This document shows positions 26,988 through 31,514 of a DNA stretch of 31,514 nt, in pieces (within the stretch, counting starts at the first letter, position 1; the number at the start of each line of letters is the position of its first letter). Location: NCBI GenBank assembly GCA_034408725.1, contig JAWXCN010000141.1, positions 1 through 31,514 of the forward strand, read 5' to 3'. Both the position numbers and the translations under genes were made by a program. The notes beneath the pieces were generated by a model. It saw nothing but the letters and a program-made list of their open reading frames with translations. It was not told the origin of the DNA and did not search any database. The DNA is from Candidatus Hydrogenedentota bacterium. Lineage in GTDB: Bacteria; Hydrogenedentota; Hydrogenedentia; Hydrogenedentales; SLHB01.

Positions 26988-29030
26988 ATGGCGCTCGATG
27001 GTGCGAAGGTACGCAATGTTGGCATCCTGGGTCACGGCGGCACGGGCAAGACGACGCTCATCGAGCACGTTCTGCACGCCGCCGGGAAAACCAGCCGGAT
27101 GGGCAGGGTCCAGGACGGCAATACCGTCTGCGACTACCTCGAAGAAGAAATACAACGTAAGCAAACCATCAGTATGAAACTTGCCCATGCCGACTGGGAC
27201 GGCATCCGCATTCACATGGTGGACCATCCCGGCTACGCCGATTTTCTGGGTGAAGTCGCGGCATCGGCCCCCGTGCTCGACAACATTATCGTCATGGTGG
27301 ACGCGACCACCGGCATGCAGGTGGGCACGGACAACGCCATGGCCTTCGCGGACCGGTACGAAACGCCGCGCGCGATTTTTGTCAACAAGCTCGACCGCGA
27401 AAACGCAAACTTTGAATCCGTCGTGGAAGCCCTTCGCAAAACCTACGGCAACCGATGTGTGCCCCTCGTCATACCCATCGGCCAAGGCGAGTCCCTCAAG
27501 GGCGCCGTCAATATTCTCACCGGCGACACAACCGCGGTCGCGGGAGAAGTCGCCGAACTCAAATCTGCCATGACCGACGTCGTCGCCGAAAGCGATGATG
27601 CGCTGCTGGAAAAATTCCTGGAAACGGGTGAACTCACCCATGAAGAGTTTGACCAGGGCCTGCACAACGGCATCAAGTCCGGCAAAATCGTTCCCATCAT
27701 CGCGGGAAGCGTCGATAAGGACGTCGGTGTGCGGGAATTGCTCGACGTGATTTCGCACGCGTTTCCCACTCCGTTTGAACGCACCGTGTTCGTCCGCAAT
27801 GGCACGGGCGGAGACATAGAATTGAAGATAAGCCCGGATTCGCCATTCGTTGGCCAGGTATTCCGGTCCGTCGTCGATCCCTATGTCGGACAGCTCACCC
27901 TATTCCGCGTGTTTACAGGCACCCTCCGGTCGGATTCGGATTTCTACAATTGCACGAGCCAATCCAAGGAGCGCACGGGCAAGCTTTTTCTCATGAACGG
28001 CAAAGAACAAAAACAGGTCGATACCGTCGGCCCCGGCGACCTTGCCGCGATGACCAAACTAAAACACACCCATTTCGGCGATACGATTGCCGCGCCCGGC
28101 ACCGACGTCAAACTTCCAAAAATCGAACTGCCTGAATCAATGGTGAAACTCGCAATTGTGCCTAAGTCACGCGCCGACGAAGATAAAATTGGCGAGGCGC
28201 TAAACCGGCTCGCGGAGGAAGACCCGACGTTCAGCCACTACCGCGACGCTTCAACCCATGAACACATCGTGCGTGGAATGGGAGACCTTCAACTCGACAT
28301 CTTGCTCGAACGCATGAAACGGAAGTTCCACATCGAAGCTTCGACCCGCCCGCCAAAGGTCGCGCTCAAGGAAACCGTTAAAGGTAAATCCGAAGTACAA
28401 GGCAAACACAAAAAGCAGTCCGGGGGCCACGGTCAGTATGGCGACGTGCATTTGCGCATCTCGCCCAACGGCCGTGGGGAAGGCTATAAGTTCGTCGATA
28501 GCGTGGTCGGTGGTGTGGTTCCTAAAAATTTCATTCCCGCGGTGGACAAAGGAAGTGTCGAATCCCTGGAACGAGGCGTCATCGCGGGCTATCCCGTCGT
28601 CGATATCGTGGTCGATCTGTTCTATGGCTCATATCATGACGTCGATTCGTCGGAAATGGCGTTCAAAATCGCCGCGTCCATGGCCATTCAGAAGGGCGTG
28701 CGGGAAGCCAGGCCTTGCCTGCTTGAACCTATCATGCAAATCGAAATCACCGTGCCCGACGACAACATGGGCGACGTGAATGGAGACCTGAATAGCCGGC
28801 GCGGCCGCATCCTCGGCCTCGAATCCGCTGGGCCTGGCCGGCAACGCATCCGCGCGATGGTGCCGGAAGCGGAAGTATTGACCTATTCAACCACGCTCCG
28901 CAGCATGACCGGTGGGCGCGGCAGCTATTCGCTGAAATTCGATCACTACGACGAAGTGCCCGACCACGTCGCGCAACCGATCATCGCGGACTATGAGAAA
29001 AAGCGCGCAGCAGGTGAAGCGGCGCATTGA
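26988..29030 (+). CDS. fusA: Elongation factor G paralogue (EF-G2-type)
   Basis: GHGGTGKTT, DHPGYADF, NKLD, EEDPTF, GMGDLQLD, KKQSGGHGQYG, GSYHDVDSSEMAF, LLEPIM, LRSMTGGRG. Not in an rpsL-rpsG-tuf context. Confidence 0.93.
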   Translation: MALDGAKVRNVGILGHGGTGKTTLIEHVLHAAGKTSRMGRVQDGNTVCDYLEEEIQRKQTISMKLAHADWDGIRIHMVDHPGYADFLGEVAASAPVLDNIIVMVDATTGMQVGTDNAMAFADRYETPRAIFVNKLDRENANFESVVEALRKTYGNRCVPLVIPIGQGESLKGAVNILTGDTTAVAGEVAELKSAMTDVVAESDDALLEKFLETGELTHEEFDQGLHNGIKSGKIVPIIAGSVDKDVGVRELLDVISHAFPTPFERTVFVRNGTGGDIELKISPDSPFVGQVFRSVVDPYVGQLTLFRVFTGTLRSDSDFYNCTSQSKERTGKLFLMNGKEQKQVDTVGPGDLAAMTKLKHTHFGDTIAAPGTDVKLPKIELPESMVKLAIVPKSRADEDKIGEALNRLAEEDPTFSHYRDASTHEHIVRGMGDLQLDILLERMKRKFHIEASTRPPKVALKETVKGKSEVQGKHKKQSGGHGQYGDVHLRISPNGRGEGYKFVDSVVGGVVPKNFIPAVDKGSVESLERGVIAGYPVVDIVVDLFYGSYHDVDSSEMAFKIAASMAIQKGVREARPCLLEPIMQIEITVPDDNMGDVNGDLNSRRGRILGLESAGPGRQRIRAMVPEAEVLTYSTTLRSMTGGRGSYSLKFDHYDEVPDHVAQPIIADYEKKRAAGEAAH

Positions 29031-29038
29031 GGAATGAC

Positions 29039-29272
29039 GTGCCACGCAAAAGAAGTGCCACAAAAATAAATAGGGAAGAAATGCCTGCCGAATACGACCT
29101 GAAAAATCTTGGTACGCCGGTTCGAGGTAAGCATTACGAAAAATATAGAAAGCAATCACACCTGGTGCTTTTGAGCCCAGATGTGGCGGCAGAATTTCCT
29201 ACTGATCTTTCTGTGAACCAGGCGCTTCGGGCTATTCTGCGACAGCGCGAGAAGTCGCGCCAAAGTAGGTAG
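29039..29272 (+). CDS. BrnA-like antitoxin-type small protein (orphan)
   Basis: SD GAGGA then GTG 29039. EMPAEYDL...VRGKHY...VLLSPDVAAEFPTDLSVNQALR resembles proteins usually encoded after BrnT/DUF497 toxins. Confidence 0.7.
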   Translation: MPRKRSATKINREEMPAEYDLKNLGTPVRGKHYEKYRKQSHLVLLSPDVAAEFPTDLSVNQALRAILRQREKSRQSR

Positions 29273-29321
29273 ACTGGGTTTCGTTATTGGCGTTGAAGTC
29301 AGCACGACGCATGGGTGAGTT

Positions 29322-30173
29322 TTATTCCAACCCGCGCGGCCGGGTGGACAGTTTCCAGGACGGCTCGGGTAAAGGGTAGAGTTCACTGCTCGCACGCGAA
29401 TAGTTGCCGGTGGAAGATTCAGGTTGTACAGAAGTGATCGTTATGGTAGGAGCGATCACGGCCTCGGCAACATAGAACTCGAGCCCTTCGTATACCCCGT
29501 CTTGTGCGCCTGCGTCGATGGTGACTTCGTGATTGATCGGATGCTCGCCAGGGATTATCTCATCCTGATGCACGCCTGACCCAACACTCAATATCTTCGC
29601 GTGAATCGGTTTTGGCAGTAGAAATTTTTTGTACTGCGCCGGTAACTCCGGCAAACCCTCAGCTTTTTTGTTTTCATTTCCTCTTCGCAGCAAGGTCATA
29701 CCATGAATTCTCTTGCGTGGTTCCCATCCACTGTTCACCTCGTTGCAAAAATTTGAGACCGCGGCGGCGGCCACGAGATAGTGCCTTTCGCCCCATTCAA
29801 CGGGGATGTACTCCAGGTCAAAAGACGCGAACTCGCCGGCATTATTTGGAAGTTCGGGTACGAGGACAAGACGTTCGTCCTTTTCAATTACCGTACCGTA
29901 GTTGTGCCCGTATAGGCCCACGCATCCATGCCACGTTATGGTAAACCCGGATTTCGGCGCGACGGTCAATTGTATATTTGTACCAAGGCCATCACCCATG
30001 AAGTAGCAACCCGCCCAAGGATGGGTGTCCAGCGAACCAATTTCTTGCTCAATGGTCACCCGAAGCCTTTCCTCACTTTCGGGAGCATCCCAACCGTCAT
30101 CGGTTCCGCCGACCACTGCAAAAATTGCGCTCGATAGAAACACAATGAGCAGCGCGTATTTCATATTCGCCAT
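29322..30173 (-). CDS. Hypothetical secreted protein
   Basis: Signal-like MKYALLIVFLSSAIFAVVG. Globular body with HPWAGCYFMGDGLG and WHGCVGLYG. Start could be 30164, 30173 or 30203. Confidence 0.75.
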   Translation of the reverse strand: MANMKYALLIVFLSSAIFAVVGGTDDGWDAPESEERLRVTIEQEIGSLDTHPWAGCYFMGDGLGTNIQLTVAPKSGFTITWHGCVGLYGHNYGTVIEKDERLVLVPELPNNAGEFASFDLEYIPVEWGERHYLVAAAAVSNFCNEVNSGWEPRKRIHGMTLLRRGNENKKAEGLPELPAQYKKFLLPKPIHAKILSVGSGVHQDEIIPGEHPINHEVTIDAGAQDGVYEGLEFYVAEAVIAPTITITSVQPESSTGNYSRASSELYPLPEPSWKLSTRPRGLE

Positions 30174-30363
30174 CCTGGGTTTTATCTTCCACACGTTAGA
30201 CACCGAAATACTTCAAACGTTCCTGGTTAGGACCGTTTTGCAGTTGAGGGAACGTATACCGTCCATAATGGTATTCTAAATCAGGCAGCGGCGAATTGGA
30301 AAGAAAAATATGGTGTCATAGAGCGCAGTGACCTGCTTTTTTGAGGTAACAGGAGATAAATCC

Positions 30364-31514
30364 ATGATTTCTCGTGTGATGGCATGTGTACTGGCGGCAA
30401 CCGCGGCGTGGGCCCAGACCCCGACCGCGGCGTCGACGCTGGCCGACCAAAAGGACGTGGCGGTCACTGCCTACAACAATGGACTGGCGCTGGTGCGGGA
30501 CACGCGGGACATCAAGCTGCCCGGGGGCGAGTCGCTGCTCCAGTTTGAGGACGTGGCCCAGCAGATTCGACCAGAGACCGTCGGGTTGAAGTCGACGTCC
30601 ACGCCGGGTTCGGTCACGATTCTCGAACAGAATTATGAGTACGACCTCATCAGTCCGAACAAGTTGATGGAAAAATACGTCGGCAAGACCGTCAAACTGC
30701 AAAACTTCAATAGTGAAATTACTTCGGGCACCATCGAAGCCACATTGCTCAGCATCAATGAGGGGCCGATCTACAAGGTCAACGACGAAATCTACATCGG
30801 CTATCCGGGTAACGTGGTGTTGCCCGAGATTCCCGAAAACCTGATCGCGAAACCATCGCTCATCTGGATGCTCAACAACGCCGCGGGCGATCAAACTCTC
30901 GAAGTGACGTATCTGACCAACGGCGTGTCATGGAACGCGGATTACGTCATCACGCTCGCGAAAGAAGAAACGTCGCTGGGCATCGCGGGCTGGGTAACGA
31001 TGAACAATCAGTCCGGCGCGACGTTCACCAATGCGCAATTGAAACTCGTTGCGGGCGAGGTCAACCTGGTGTCCCAAGCGATGCCGATGGCAATGGAGGA
31101 GAAGGCGATGCGGGGCCGCGCAATGGCGCCCCCAATGCCGCAGCAAGAAGCGTTCGCGGAATATCACCTATACACGATGCCGAGGCGGACGACGATCAAA
31201 CAGAACCAGTCGAAGCAGTTGGCGTTGTTGCAGGGCGAGAACGTGCAGTGTGGTAAGAAGTACGAGTATCGCGGCCAGGAATATTTTTATAGCCAGCAGG
31301 TTCCGCCGACCGGCGAGGAGCACGTGGGCGTATTTCTCGAGTTTCAAAACAAGGAAGCCAACGGCCTCGGCATGCCATTGCCCGCGGGCGTAATGCGTGT
31401 GTATCAGGAAGATTCCGAGGGCATGCTGCAGTTCGCGGGTGAAGACCGCATCAAACACACGCCGAAAGACGAAAAGATCACGTTGCGGCTCGGTGAGGCG
31501 TTTGACGTAATCGG
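30364..31514 (+). CDS. DUF4139/DUF4140-domain exported protein (3' end outside window)
   Basis: Absent from the ORF track because it has no stop in the window. SD AGGAG before ATG 30364. Translates as MISRVMACVLAATAAWAQ...VAVTAYNNGLALVRDTR...LEQNYEYDLISP.KLMEKYVGK...YLTNGVSWNADY...LKLVAGEVN...EYHLY...GMPLPAGVMRVYQ...GEDRIKHTPKDE. Confidence 0.9.
   Translation, partial: MISRVMACVLAATAAWAQTPTAASTLADQKDVAVTAYNNGLALVRDTRDIKLPGGESLLQFEDVAQQIRPETVGLKSTSTPGSVTILEQNYEYDLISPNKLMEKYVGKTVKLQNFNSEITSGTIEATLLSINEGPIYKVNDEIYIGYPGNVVLPEIPENLIAKPSLIWMLNNAAGDQTLEVTYLTNGVSWNADYVITLAKEETSLGIAGWVTMNNQSGATFTNAQLKLVAGEVNLVSQAMPMAMEEKAMRGRAMAPPMPQQEAFAEYHLYTMPRRTTIKQNQSKQLALLQGENVQCGKKYEYRGQEYFYSQQVPPTGEEHVGVFLEFQNKEANGLGMPLPAGVMRVYQEDSEGMLQFAGEDRIKHTPKDEKITLRLGEAFDVI

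Noticed and set aside
26787-27758. 323-aa minus-strand ORF
   Set aside because: Antisense shadow of the EF-G gene with no recognisable motifs.

Overview
Bacterial chromosomal window from a diderm organism (it encodes an outer-membrane porin) of moderately high GC. About 33 protein-coding genes can be supported. I saw no rRNA, tRNA, CRISPR array, transposase or integrase. From left to right: a 5'-truncated DsbA-like/NhaA fusion, a secreted penicillin-acylase-family Ntn hydrolase, an ECF sigma/anti-sigma pair with a probable autoregulatory promoter, corA, an M28 peptidase and a membrane protein. Next is a minus-strand run parA-parB-(orphan antitoxin-like ORF)-serS-sirtuin-quinone oxidoreductase. 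A complete sulfate-uptake cluster follows (Rrf2 regulator, YezD/DUF2292, OprO/P-type porin, an unknown 72-aa peptide, sbp-cysT-cysW-cysA) with two matching palindromic operators. The right part holds a lone MacB-like permease, a degenerate DinB/DUF1569 protein, a PilZ protein and receiver upstream of pgsA-der-plsY, an EF-G paralogue, a second orphan antitoxin-like ORF, a secreted hypothetical protein and a 3'-truncated DUF4139 protein. The best novelty candidates are: (1) the leader-bearing, sulfur-free amphipathic peptide inside the sulfate operon; (2) a duplicated small hairpin motif between yezD and the porin; (3) an inverted heptamer-repeat element between der and plsY that could sequester the plsY start and is crossed by an ORF coupled to der. 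All family assignments come from motif recognition by eye, not from database searches.
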